Source: an uncultured Candidatus Saccharibacteria bacterium (GTDB taxonomy: Bacteria; Patescibacteriota; Minisyncoccia; Phycocordibacterales; UBA9973). Taken from it: 64,000 nt of DNA. The stretch covers positions 14,059 through 78,058 of the forward strand of contig CAZXCN010000003.1 of the NCBI GenBank assembly GCA_964639185.1, read 5' to 3'. How positions within the stretch are numbered: the stretch's first letter is position 1; the number at the start of each line of letters is the position of its first letter. Shown here piece by piece: positions 19,721-29,327 of this stretch. The notes below the pieces were generated by a model. That model saw only the letters and a list, made by a program, of their open reading frames with translations. It did not search any database and had not been told where the DNA came from. Made by a program: the position numbers and the translations under genes.

Positions 19721-20335
19721 ATGAAAAAGAAAACTCAAATATTAATGGTCCATGGTGGAATGACTTTCAGGAATAGAAAGGATTATTTATCTTGGCTAAA
19801 AGATAGGTCAATAACTTTTGGCGCAAAGAAGCGTTGGACTACTGATTATATGGATGAAAAACTAGGAAAGGATTTTGAAATTATAAGGCCACGAATGCCT
19901 CTACCGGAAAATGCTATGTATGAGGACTGGAAAATTCATTTTGAGAAATTTATACCTTATTTAAAGAATAATGTTATTCTGATTGGCGGTTCACTTGGTG
20001 GAATATTCCTTGCAAAATATCTATCAGAGAATAAGTTTCCAAAGAAAATACTTTCTACATATCTTGTTTGCCCACCCTTTGATGATACATGCTTTACCGA
20101 GGATTTGGTTGGGGGTTTTAAATTAAAATCAAACCTATCACTCTTGGAGCAAAATTCTAAAAATCTTACACTAATGTTCTCAGAAGATGATGACGATGTT
20201 CCAGTAGATCATGCTGAAAAATACAGAGCCAAGTTGCCGAATGCAAAGATTATCATATACAAGAGCAAAAATGGCCATTTTGATGTATCAACATTCCCAG
20301 AAATAGTAAAAATGATTAAAGAAGATATTAAATAA
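19721..20335 (+). CDS. Alpha/beta hydrolase (YdeN/RBBP9-like serine hydrolase)
   Basis: ILMVHGG, a nucleophile elbow LIGGSLGG and about 200 aa in size. Confidence 0.45.
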   Translation: MKKKTQILMVHGGMTFRNRKDYLSWLKDRSITFGAKKRWTTDYMDEKLGKDFEIIRPRMPLPENAMYEDWKIHFEKFIPYLKNNVILIGGSLGGIFLAKYLSENKFPKKILSTYLVCPPFDDTCFTEDLVGGFKLKSNLSLLEQNSKNLTLMFSEDDDDVPVDHAEKYRAKLPNAKIIIYKSKNGHFDVSTFPEIVKMIKEDIK

Positions 20336-20336
20336 T

Positions 20337-20963
20337 ATGAAAATAATCTTAGCATCAGATACTAGTTTTTTAATTAAATACGGATATAAATTAACCAATA
20401 TTCCAAAAGATGAAATAAATATTGGTTATATTTATACTGCTTCGAAAGGTGCAAGAGATCAACAATTTTTTATGGATGTTGAAAATGAAATTAAAAATGC
20501 TGGATTTAATTTTACTAAATACGATATAGAAGGAAAATCTTGTAAGGAGATTGAAGATTTTTTTAGTGATAAAAATATAATTCAGGTTGATGGTGGAAAT
20601 ACCTTTTATCTTTTAAATTCCATTAGAAATAGTGGGTTTTATGAATTTTTAAAAAATGAATTAAATAAAGGTAAAATATTTATTGGTACAAGTGCTGGTG
20701 CTTATGTAATGTGTCCAACAATTGAAGTAGCAGACTGGAACCCAAATGGTAAAAGCAGATTTGGAATTACAGATTTTACTGCGCTTAATTATGTACCTTT
20801 TGTATTAAAAGTACATTATAAAGATGATCAAGAAGAAAGAATTAAAGAAAAAATGAAATCATTAAAATACCAGCTGAGAATATTACGTGATGGACAAGGT
20901 ATAATAGTAGAAGATGGAATTTATAAATTTGTCGGTGATGGTGAAGAGGTAATTTTAAAATAA
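20337..20963 (+). CDS. Peptidase S51 (dipeptidase E)-like / class I glutamine amidotransferase-like protein
   Basis: IQVDGGNTFYLLN and IGTSAGAYV match the S51 family Ser/His region. Confidence 0.55.
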   Translation: MKIILASDTSFLIKYGYKLTNIPKDEINIGYIYTASKGARDQQFFMDVENEIKNAGFNFTKYDIEGKSCKEIEDFFSDKNIIQVDGGNTFYLLNSIRNSGFYEFLKNELNKGKIFIGTSAGAYVMCPTIEVADWNPNGKSRFGITDFTALNYVPFVLKVHYKDDQEERIKEKMKSLKYQLRILRDGQGIIVEDGIYKFVGDGEEVILK

Positions 20964-20964
20964 T

Positions 20965-22293
20965 ATGGACTTAGATTTAAATAAAATTAAAAATATACAC
21001 TTTATCGGGATCGGGGGGATTGGGATCTCGGCTATTGCGCGTATGATGTTGGCGGATGGCAAGAGTGTTAATGGTCAGGACATGCAGGATTCCGATATAA
21101 TTGCGGATCTTATGAGCGCTGGGGCTGATATAACAATAGGGCAGAAATATGAGGATATTCCAAAGGGGACCGAGCTTGTGGTCTACACAATTGCTATCGA
21201 GTACTATGATCCGGAATTATTTAAAAAGTTACAAGAGCAAAATGACTTTGCTATTCGCTCATACCCACAGATGCTACACCTAGTGACTGATCATAAATAC
21301 ACTATTGCTGTGGCAGGAACTCATGGCAAGACCACAACCACAGCCATGATAGGCTATGCATTGCGTGGGATAGGCAAGGACCCAAGTATGATAGTGGGGA
21401 GTTTAATTCAAGACCCTTCGAATACCTCAGGGCAGGCACGTACTAATTACTGGGCGGGCAAGAGTGACTTGTTCGTAGTAGAGGCGTGCGAATATCGCCG
21501 TTCATTTTTAAATATCAAACCCAACATTCTTGTTATTACAAATATTGATGCAGATCATCTTGATTATTATAAAGACATTGCTGACATACAGAGCGCTTTT
21601 CATGAATTGGTTATGAGTGTGCCTGAAAATGGATATATTATATGTAATCCAAATGATGATAAAGTGGCAAGTGTTCTAGTAGATATTACTGCGCAGATTA
21701 TTGACTATACAAAATTATTTGATAACAATTTAAAATTACAAATCCCTGGGCTTCATAATAAATACAATGCGGCTTGTGCACTGGCTGTGATAGAAGCTCT
21801 AAAATTTAATAAGGATGAGGCGGTAAATATATTGGCAGACTTCCCTGGGACTTGGAGACGTTTCGAATACAAGGGGTTACTATCAAGCGGTACGAAAGTC
21901 TACGATGATTATGCCCACCACCCAACCGAGGTAAAGGCAAGCCTCCAAGGATTCCGTGAATTGTATCCATCAAGTAGTGGATATAAAGTTACAGTAGTTT
22001 TCCAGCCACATTTGTTCAGTAGAACTAAATCATTGCTCGACGAATTTGCACACAGCTTCGCTGAAGCTGACAATGTATTGATATTGCCTATATACTATGC
22101 ACGCGAGGAGGATGACGGCACAGTTAGTGCCCACACACTTGCCGAAGCTATCGGTGGTGGTGCATTAGGATACGATGATTTTCAGGAAGCTGAAAAATAT
22201 ATTCAAAATATGAATCTGAGTGATAAAGATATTATAGTTACCATGGGTGCAGGTGAAGCATTTAAAGTGGGTGATACTTTGCTTGGTAAATAA
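20965..22293 (+). CDS. murC: UDP-N-acetylmuramate--L-alanine ligase MurC
   Basis: IHFIGIGGIGISAIA is the MurC N-terminal motif. The P-loop is AVAGTHGKTTTTAMI and DDYAHHP lies in the C-terminal domain. Confidence 0.85.
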   Translation: MDLDLNKIKNIHFIGIGGIGISAIARMMLADGKSVNGQDMQDSDIIADLMSAGADITIGQKYEDIPKGTELVVYTIAIEYYDPELFKKLQEQNDFAIRSYPQMLHLVTDHKYTIAVAGTHGKTTTTAMIGYALRGIGKDPSMIVGSLIQDPSNTSGQARTNYWAGKSDLFVVEACEYRRSFLNIKPNILVITNIDADHLDYYKDIADIQSAFHELVMSVPENGYIICNPNDDKVASVLVDITAQIIDYTKLFDNNLKLQIPGLHNKYNAACALAVIEALKFNKDEAVNILADFPGTWRRFEYKGLLSSGTKVYDDYAHHPTEVKASLQGFRELYPSSSGYKVTVVFQPHLFSRTKSLLDEFAHSFAEADNVLILPIYYAREEDDGTVSAHTLAEAIGGGALGYDDFQEAEKYIQNMNLSDKDIIVTMGAGEAFKVGDTLLGK

Positions 22294-22333
22294 TTATTTC
22301 TTATATTTACTTGTTGTTGGTATAATATAATAT

Positions 22334-23173
22334 ATGAAAAAATATTTTGTATTTATAATTTTTATCTTATCGATATTTGTTTCCTTTTTTGCATCTGAGC
22401 ATATTGCTTTTGCTGCAGGAAATAATTCAGGATTCATCGATACTTCTATATGGTATTCACCAAATGATTTTTCTGAAGGTGATACTATTCAAATACATAC
22501 AGCCGTGTGGAATGGTGAAAGTTATAGTATAAATGCAAAGGTAGAATTCTTGGATGTAAATACAATATTGGGGTCACGTGATGTGACAATAGCAAAGAAT
22601 ACTTTGCAAGATGTATCTATATCTTGGAAAGTAACAGCAGGGGATCACAAGATTTCTACACGCATATCACAAGCTCAGTCTGTTATTAATGGTGTTAAAT
22701 CAAATATAACAATAATTAACAAAGAGGAGGCAGCCAAGGACTTTTCAGTTACAAAGAAGTTGGCAATAAACAAAGATGGAGAAACTGAAATAATTCCAAC
22801 AATAACTGATAAGGTAAATGAAGTTTTGCCACAAAGCATGGCTGTTCCTGTTGTAAAAACGGTAGGTAATATCGACAGTTTTCGTCAAGATATTAATGGA
22901 ACACTTTCTGATTTTAAATCTGACACAGTGGAAAGACTTGAATTATTGAACAACCCAAAGCCTGTTGCAAAAACTGATTCAAAATCAAATACAGTTGAAG
23001 CTCAAGAAAAACCAAAGCCAATGTCAGGTATCGATAAGCCAGTAGCTTATGTAGAATTATTTTTACTAACTGTTGCACTATTTATATTCCATAATAGTAT
23101 TGTTTTTTATTCGTTACTTGCATTTCTCTTATTCATAATATTACGCTTCCTGTATCGTAAAATGCGCAGATAA
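22334..23173 (+). CDS. Hypothetical secreted protein with signal peptide and C-terminal TM anchor
   Basis: N-terminal signal MKKYFVFIIFILSIFVSFFASEHIAFA; hydrophobic C-terminus followed by basic RKMRR. Confidence 0.45.
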   Translation: MKKYFVFIIFILSIFVSFFASEHIAFAAGNNSGFIDTSIWYSPNDFSEGDTIQIHTAVWNGESYSINAKVEFLDVNTILGSRDVTIAKNTLQDVSISWKVTAGDHKISTRISQAQSVINGVKSNITIINKEEAAKDFSVTKKLAINKDGETEIIPTITDKVNEVLPQSMAVPVVKTVGNIDSFRQDINGTLSDFKSDTVERLELLNNPKPVAKTDSKSNTVEAQEKPKPMSGIDKPVAYVELFLLTVALFIFHNSIVFYSLLAFLLFIILRFLYRKMRR

Positions 23174-23215
23174 TTGTATTTGTAGAAGATTGCAAACTAG
23201 CCTATAATAGCTTCT

Positions 23216-23491
23216 ATGAGCATTACTTTGAAGCGTATAATTATAGGCATCTTTATATTTTTATGTATATTTTGGGCTCCTTGGTGGGTCACTATTTTTA
23301 TTGCATCAGCTGGGATATTTTTATTCAATAATTATATTGAATTTATATTTACAGGATTGATTATGTATTCTGTTTACGGGGCAGGTAGCATGGGCATACT
23401 TGGGTCTACATTATATTTGCCAGTTGTATTAGTGGGTATATATCTAACACTTTCATTTATCAAGAAGTATATAATAATTTACAATAAATAA
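23216..23491 (+). CDS. Small hypothetical membrane protein (91 aa, 3 TM)
   Basis: Hydrophobic ORF between the secreted protein and PBP2. Confidence 0.35.
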   Translation: MSITLKRIIIGIFIFLCIFWAPWWVTIFIASAGIFLFNNYIEFIFTGLIMYSVYGAGSMGILGSTLYLPVVLVGIYLTLSFIKKYIIIYNK

Positions 23492-25185
23492 TGTTTAAAA
23501 AAAGACGAAAAAGGAAATACTATGATGTGCACCCAGATGAAATATTTCTGGATTCTAAAAATTTACCAGAATTCAATACACAACAATTCGAAGGTCGTTT
23601 AGAAAAAGCAATTCCAAAAAGATCTTTATTCTACCTCGGGGGATTCTTTTTTCTTATTGGGTTGATATTCATATATCAATTAGGCACATTGCAAGTATTA
23701 AAAGGTACATATTATTTTAAGAAAAGTGAGAACAATACTCTCTCGCAAGAACCTATATTTTCTGACCGTGGCTTGATACTCGACAGGAATCAGGTCAAAT
23801 TGGCATGGAATGTGTGGACAGAAGACAATACCGATAGATTCGACATACCTGTACGTGCGTATATATCTGAAGGCGGGTTTGGGCATTTGTTGGGTTATGT
23901 GTCTTATCCACAAAAGGATTCATCGGGTAATTATTGGCAAAGTTCATTTATAGGTAAAGACGGCACGGAAAAAGTTTATGATGAAAAATTAAAAGGTGAA
24001 AATGGTGTACGTATTACTGAGGTAGATGTGAAGAATACAATACAATCTGAAAATATTATTACGCCACCAAAACATGGTGACAATATTATATTATCTATAG
24101 ACAAAGGAATACAAAGCCAAATGTATAAATCTATTGTAGATATGTCAAAAAATGTTGGATTCTCTGGAGGGGCTGGTGCTGTTATGGACCTGGCTACAGG
24201 TGAATTGTTGGCTATTACTAGCTACCCGGAATATAACCCAAACATACTTTCCAAAGGTAGCGACACTGCTGTAATCAAAGGGTATCTAACTGATAAAAGG
24301 AAAGTATTTCTAAATCGTGCTATTGGTGGATTGTATGCACCTGGTTCTATTGTAAAACCTTTTGTTGGATATGCAGCGCTTGTCGAAGGTGTTATAACAC
24401 CTTCGAAAAATATTCTTTCAAATGGAAAATTGGAAATACAAAATCCATATTTCAAAGATCAGAAAACTGTTTTCAATGACCATGGAGTTTTCGGTTATGT
24501 AAATATGAGCAAAGCAATAGCTGTATCTTCTGACGTTTACTTTTACCAGATAGGTGGTGGGTATATGGATCAAAAAGGCCTTGGTATTGTGAATATAGAT
24601 AAATATATAAAAATTTTCGGTATTACTAATAAAACAGGTATTGATTTGTTGGGCGAAAAGGAGGGTAATATTCCTACGCCTGAATGGAAAGCTAAAACTT
24701 TCAAAGGTGATGCTTGGCGGGTTGGTGACACATACAACACAGCTATTGGTCAATATGGTTTACAAGTAACGCTGATGCAAATGGTGCGAGCTGTTTCTGC
24801 TATCGCCACAATGGGTACTATGCCTACACCACATATTCGATTCCGTGATGATGCTATGGAGTCAAAAGTTGAAAAGATAGATGTAGATAAAGATATGATG
24901 AAAGTTATTCAATCCGGAATGCGTGAAGCTGTATTGACTGGCACAGCAACATCGCTCAATATTCCAGGTGTTGCTGTCGCTGCAAAATCCGGTACTGCCC
25001 AAATCGGAGTAGGCAATACAAATACAAATTCGTGGATTATTGGATACTTCCCATATGAAAATCCAAAATACGCTTTTGCTGTTCTGATGGAGCGTGGTCC
25101 AAAAGAAGCTTCGGGTAATGCTACGCGTGTAATGAGTGAAGTTGTCGATTATATGAAAATTTCTACTCCACAATATTTACAATAG
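23491..25185 (+). CDS. Class B penicillin-binding protein (PBP2/transpeptidase)
   Basis: N-terminal TM. SxxK motif GSIVKPF, SxN-like SSDVYF and KSGTAQ (KTG variant). Confidence 0.8.
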   Translation: MFKKRRKRKYYDVHPDEIFLDSKNLPEFNTQQFEGRLEKAIPKRSLFYLGGFFFLIGLIFIYQLGTLQVLKGTYYFKKSENNTLSQEPIFSDRGLILDRNQVKLAWNVWTEDNTDRFDIPVRAYISEGGFGHLLGYVSYPQKDSSGNYWQSSFIGKDGTEKVYDEKLKGENGVRITEVDVKNTIQSENIITPPKHGDNIILSIDKGIQSQMYKSIVDMSKNVGFSGGAGAVMDLATGELLAITSYPEYNPNILSKGSDTAVIKGYLTDKRKVFLNRAIGGLYAPGSIVKPFVGYAALVEGVITPSKNILSNGKLEIQNPYFKDQKTVFNDHGVFGYVNMSKAIAVSSDVYFYQIGGGYMDQKGLGIVNIDKYIKIFGITNKTGIDLLGEKEGNIPTPEWKAKTFKGDAWRVGDTYNTAIGQYGLQVTLMQMVRAVSAIATMGTMPTPHIRFRDDAMESKVEKIDVDKDMMKVIQSGMREAVLTGTATSLNIPGVAVAAKSGTAQIGVGNTNTNSWIIGYFPYENPKYAFAVLMERGPKEASGNATRVMSEVVDYMKISTPQYLQ

Positions 25186-25186
25186 C

Positions 25187-25215
25187 TTGCCTTATTTAGT
25201 GAAAATCTATATAAT
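25187..25215 (+). promoter_or_regulatory. Sigma70-like promoter upstream of greA (TTGCCT-17-TATAAT)
   Basis: cttgccttatttagtgaaaatctatataat. Confidence 0.4.
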
Positions 25216-25242
25216 TGTTTCTTATATAAAGTAATCGAGTGT

Positions 25243-25734
25243 TTGGCGTTAGAGCCTTATACTATATACAGAATGGATACAGAATACATAACAGAAGAGA
25301 AGAAAAAAGCCCTCATTGAAGAGGTTAATTTTTTAAAGAGTAATCGTCGCAAGGAAATCTTGGAAGCACTTGAGTATGCTAAAAGCCTAGGTGATTTGTC
25401 TGAAAATGCTGAATACCACCAAGCTCGCGAAGATCAAGGTAAATTAGAAGACCGCATCAATCAGATAGAATACATGTTGCAATCTGCAATAGTGGTAAAG
25501 AAGCATCACAGTACAAAAGTAGAAATAGGTACAACTGTAAAGGTAAAGAAAGAGGGTTTAAAAGACTCTATTATTTATAATATTGTTGGTGCCGAGGAAG
25601 CTGACATGCTTGAAAATAAAATATCAAATCGCTCACCATTAGGATCTGCATTGTATGGTAAAGTAAAAGGCGACACTGTATCTATCACAACTCCAAAGGG
25701 GCTGGTCAAATACACCATTGTTGAGATACAATAG
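25243..25734 (+). CDS. greA: Transcription elongation factor GreA
   Basis: GDLSENAEYHQAREDQ (acidic finger tip region) and the C-terminal FKBP-like domain. True start may be the Met at 25273. Confidence 0.85.
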   Translation: MALEPYTIYRMDTEYITEEKKKALIEEVNFLKSNRRKEILEALEYAKSLGDLSENAEYHQAREDQGKLEDRINQIEYMLQSAIVVKKHHSTKVEIGTTVKVKKEGLKDSIIYNIVGAEEADMLENKISNRSPLGSALYGKVKGDTVSITTPKGLVKYTIVEIQ

Positions 25735-25740
25735 TACTAT

Positions 25741-27228
25741 ATGGCATCAATTGAAGAATTAAAACAAGTTCGTATAGATAAATTGAATAAATTAAAGGCA
25801 TCTGGTATGAATCCATATCCGGAAAGTGTTTTGCGTGACTATTCACTTGAATATGTAAAAAATAATTTTGAAACTTTAGAAAAAGAGGCAAAGGAAATAT
25901 CATTAGCCGGCCGAGTAATGGTGACTCGTGGTCAGGGTGCAATATTATTTATTGTTCTTCAAGATGGCGCCACAAAATTTCAATCAGTATTAAAGAAGGA
26001 TGAATTAAGCGAAGATGTTTTTAATTTATTTGTAGACACAGTAGATTCTGGTGATTTTATTTCTGTTACTGGATCATTGTTTGTCACAGCACGTGGCGAG
26101 CAGAGTATCCTGATAAAGAATTGGTGTATGGCAACAAAATCACTATTACCACTACCTGACAAGTGGCATGGTCTTCAGGATGTAGAGGAAACATATCGTA
26201 AAAGATATCTAGATATTATTATGGATCCTGAAGTTTATAACCGTTTCGCTACACGGTCACGCGTTGTCACAGCAGTGCGTTCTTATTTAAATAATAAAAA
26301 TTTTATGGAAGTGGAAACTCCAATACTTCAGAATCAAGCAGGTGGTGCTATGGCAAAAGTTTTTGAAACGCATCACAATGATTTTGATATACCTATGGTT
26401 ATGCGTATAGCACTTGAATTAGAGCACAAGATACTCGTGGCTGCAGGATATGAGCGCGTGTATGAAATAGGCAAGAATTTCCGCAATGAAGGTTCGGACC
26501 CAACTCATATTCAAGAATTTACAATGCTTGAGTGGTATGCCGCATATCAAACACTAGAGACAAACATCGCTTGGACTGAGGAAATGATAAAATCTATTGC
26601 TTTAGAGGTAACAGGCAAGAGTATTTTTACTGTATACGACAAAGAGGGTAATTCTACTGAAGTTGATTTTAGTAAAGCATGGCCACAAATATCATTTAAA
26701 GATTTAGTAATGGAAAATACAGGTATAGATATTACAACTATTTCTACAGATGATGCACGCAAAGAAGCTATAAAGTGGGGTATGCCTGAGGATGAAGCTA
26801 GTAAAACTGGCCGAGGTAATCTACTCGACTATATTTATAAAAAGTCTTCACGTGCAAAGATAATCAATCCTACATTTATTATGAATTTTCCTGGTGACTT
26901 GAAGCCACTTGCTCAGCAGAATGATGATGGTACTGCGTGTGTGGCACAGCTGGTGATAGCTGGTGCTGAGATAACAAATCAGTATGCTGAGTTAGTAAAC
27001 CCAATACAGGAACGTGAATTATTAGAAGCTCAAGCAAGTGCAAAGAAAGGTGGCGATGATGAAGCTATGGATGTAGACGAGAGGTTCTTGCAAGCTATGG
27101 AGCATGGTATGCCACCAATGACAGGATTCGGTATGGGTATAGATAGGTTAGTAGCAATACTAACTGAGCAGAAGAACTTGCGTGATGTAATATTCTTCCC
27201 AATACTACGACCAAAGCAAGACGAATAA
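25741..27228 (+). CDS. lysS: Lysyl-tRNA synthetase (class II)
   Basis: OB-fold N-terminus, RYLDIIMDPEVYNRFATRSRVV, motif 2 FRNEG and motif 3 GMGIDRLVAIL. Confidence 0.9.
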   Translation: MASIEELKQVRIDKLNKLKASGMNPYPESVLRDYSLEYVKNNFETLEKEAKEISLAGRVMVTRGQGAILFIVLQDGATKFQSVLKKDELSEDVFNLFVDTVDSGDFISVTGSLFVTARGEQSILIKNWCMATKSLLPLPDKWHGLQDVEETYRKRYLDIIMDPEVYNRFATRSRVVTAVRSYLNNKNFMEVETPILQNQAGGAMAKVFETHHNDFDIPMVMRIALELEHKILVAAGYERVYEIGKNFRNEGSDPTHIQEFTMLEWYAAYQTLETNIAWTEEMIKSIALEVTGKSIFTVYDKEGNSTEVDFSKAWPQISFKDLVMENTGIDITTISTDDARKEAIKWGMPEDEASKTGRGNLLDYIYKKSSRAKIINPTFIMNFPGDLKPLAQQNDDGTACVAQLVIAGAEITNQYAELVNPIQERELLEAQASAKKGGDDEAMDVDERFLQAMEHGMPPMTGFGMGIDRLVAILTEQKNLRDVIFFPILRPKQDE

Positions 27229-27244
27229 AATTTTTATAAATTAT

Positions 27245-27288
27245 ACAAAAAAGAAAACCCACAACATTATGTGTTGTGGGTTTTTTTT
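27245..27288. terminator. Rho-independent terminator after lysS
   Basis: aaaacccacaacattatgtgttgtgggtttttttt. Confidence 0.7.
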
Positions 27289-27321
27289 AGAATGATTTTT
27301 TGATACTTTCGCTACAATTAA

Positions 27322-27483
27322 TTAGCTTCCAAAAATGGTTAAATTATCAGTTTTAACTGGATGATCTAAAGATTTTAGGAATAATTTTAATCTTCCAAAT
27401 GACATCATCTGGATTTTTAAAGCTCTTAAGGGGTCTTTGGCCCTTCGTTCTGCTGCTTTTTTAGCAATTTTTTCTTTAGTCAT
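27322..27483 (-). CDS. Possible small basic protein (53 aa), not in the ORF track
   Basis: Manual translation: MTKEKIAKKAAERRAKDPLRALKIQMMSFGRLKLFLKSLDHPVKTDNLTIFGS. It sits in the intergenic region between lysS and mraZ with no other support. Confidence 0.2.
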   Translation of the reverse strand: MTKEKIAKKAAERRAKDPLRALKIQMMSFGRLKLFLKSLDHPVKTDNLTIFGS

Positions 27484-27565
27484 AACTATATTATTTATTT
27501 AAATACAATGATACAACAAGGATATAAATATGTCCACTTTTTAAAATAATATGTAGTTATCCACA

Positions 27566-27645
27566 TAATAGTGTGGGATAGTGGTTTGTATTGTGGGATA
27601 AAGTGGAGTATAATTAAATGCAGTGGGATAAAGTGGGTTAAATTA
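27566..27645 (+). promoter_or_regulatory. MraZ operator-like array of direct GTGGG(A) boxes upstream of mraZ
   Basis: GTGGG/GTGGT/GTGGA boxes at 27573, 27581, 27593, 27603, 27623 and 27633 at 10/20-bp spacing (tgtgggataaagtggag ... agtgggataaagtgggt). MraZ is known to bind GTGGG direct repeats upstream of the dcw promoter. Confidence 0.55.
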
Positions 27646-27651
27646 ATTATT

Positions 27652-28086
27652 ATGCTTATCGGTGAATACACACATACTCTAGATGAAAAGAACAGGCTTT
27701 CACTTCCTGTAAAATTCCGAAAAGAAATAGGGAAGAGTATTGTAGTTGCACCAGGCTTGGATAATTGTATTTCATTATTTACCGAAAAGGAGTGGAGCAA
27801 GATATCCGACAAGCTAGCTGACAGCTCTATGTTGCAAGCAGACAATCGTAACTTTTCCCGTTTTATGTTCGGACAAGCTGTGAGTACTGATGTAGATGCA
27901 AGTGGCCGTATATTGATTCCTGAACATTTGCGCCGTCGTTCAAAGCTTGGTTCCAAAGTAGTTGTTATCGGAGTTCAGAATCGTGCTGAAATATGGAATG
28001 AAACTGCATGGAATACGTACAAGAAGTCAATCGACACACAGGCCGACGCCCTCGCTGATAAATTGGGCAGTATTGGAGTTCTTTAA
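27652..28086 (+). CDS. mraZ: Transcriptional regulator MraZ
   Basis: MLIGEYTHTLDEKNRLSLPVKFRKE and a second DxxxR repeat (DASGRILIPEHLRRR). Start set at 27652. Confidence 0.85.
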   Translation: MLIGEYTHTLDEKNRLSLPVKFRKEIGKSIVVAPGLDNCISLFTEKEWSKISDKLADSSMLQADNRNFSRFMFGQAVSTDVDASGRILIPEHLRRRSKLGSKVVVIGVQNRAEIWNETAWNTYKKSIDTQADALADKLGSIGVL

Positions 28087-28087
28087 T

Positions 28088-28987
28088 ATGAAGCATATAC
28101 CGGTTTTACTTTCAGAGTCAGTTGATGCATTGAACCTCGCAAGTGGTGACATAATGCTCGACGGTACACTTGGTGGCGGAGGCCATACATATGAGGTGGT
28201 AAAACGCTTTGGGTCAGGGGTAAAAATTATTGGCCTTGATCTAGATGCAGATGCCATAGGCCGTGCAAATGAAAAGTTGGTAGATACTGATCATGACACA
28301 AAGTTTATTGTTGCAAACTTCCAAGACGCAAGTAAGGTCCTCGAAGGTTTGAATATTGATCATGTGGATGCTGTACTTCTGGATTTGGGCATAAGCTCGT
28401 TTCAGTTGGAAGTTGCAGGGCGTGGATTCTCCTTTATGCGAGACGAACCATTGCAAATGACAATGAAGAAGGACCCAAGTGATACTGATGTTACAGCTTC
28501 CGATATTGTAAATACTTGGAAAGAAGAAACGATCGCAGACATTATCTACGGATTTGGCGAGGAGCGATATTCCAGGAAGATAGCAAAAGCAATAGTTGAA
28601 GCTCGACAAGTAAAGCCATTTACAACCACAAAGGAACTTGCCGATGTATTGGAACAAGCAGTAGGTAAAGCTTATCGCCGTATGAAGATCCACCCAGCGA
28701 CAAAGACATTTCAAGCTTTGCGTATCGCAGTGAATATGGAACTGACAAGTATAGAAAATGCAATTCCTGAAATATTTGAAAAATTGCATGCAGGCGGGCG
28801 TATGGCGATCATATCATTTCACAGTTTAGAGGACCGGATAGTAAAGAGGGCATTTAGGGATTTGGTTGGCAGTGGTATGGCCTTGGCTATAACCAAAAAG
28901 CCCATAATACCAAGTGCTAATGAATTGCAAGACAACCCCCGAGCTCGAAGTTCCAAGTTAAGAGTAATAGAGAAAGTAAACAAATAG
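28088..28987 (+). CDS. rsmH: 16S rRNA (cytosine1402-N4)-methyltransferase RsmH (MraW)
   Basis: MKHIPVLLSESVDAL, the SAM-binding DGTLGGGGH and DLGISS. Start at the ATG at 28088. Confidence 0.9.
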   Translation: MKHIPVLLSESVDALNLASGDIMLDGTLGGGGHTYEVVKRFGSGVKIIGLDLDADAIGRANEKLVDTDHDTKFIVANFQDASKVLEGLNIDHVDAVLLDLGISSFQLEVAGRGFSFMRDEPLQMTMKKDPSDTDVTASDIVNTWKEETIADIIYGFGEERYSRKIAKAIVEARQVKPFTTTKELADVLEQAVGKAYRRMKIHPATKTFQALRIAVNMELTSIENAIPEIFEKLHAGGRMAIISFHSLEDRIVKRAFRDLVGSGMALAITKKPIIPSANELQDNPRARSSKLRVIEKVNK

Positions 28988-29003
28988 GTAAATTTAAATA
29001 ATA

Positions 29004-29324
29004 ATGAAAATCAAAAATATAAAACAACAAATACCAAGTGACGATAATTCAAGGAAACAGATGTTTCGTATACTTGTCGGCTCATTAGGAGCATTGTGTT
29101 TGTGTTATGTTTATTTGATCGGATCTATTACTTTCAATGTATTGGCTCGTAAATCATTGGAAACAAATGCTCGTGTAGTATCAAGCAATGTATCACAACT
29201 TGAACTGCAATATATTGCATTATCAAATTCTATTGATGCACAATATGGTACAGATAATGGCTTTGTAGAAGCAAAAGGAACTTTGTTTGCAAGTCGTGAT
29301 TCTGCAAAAGTTGCTATGAAATAA
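29004..29324 (+). CDS. ftsL: FtsL-like cell division protein (single TM)
   Basis: Position between rsmH and ftsI; single TM FRILVGSLGALCLCYVYLIGSITF; small size. Confidence 0.45.
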   Translation: MKIKNIKQQIPSDDNSRKQMFRILVGSLGALCLCYVYLIGSITFNVLARKSLETNARVVSSNVSQLELQYIALSNSIDAQYGTDNGFVEAKGTLFASRDSAKVAMK

Positions 29325-29327
29325 TAT

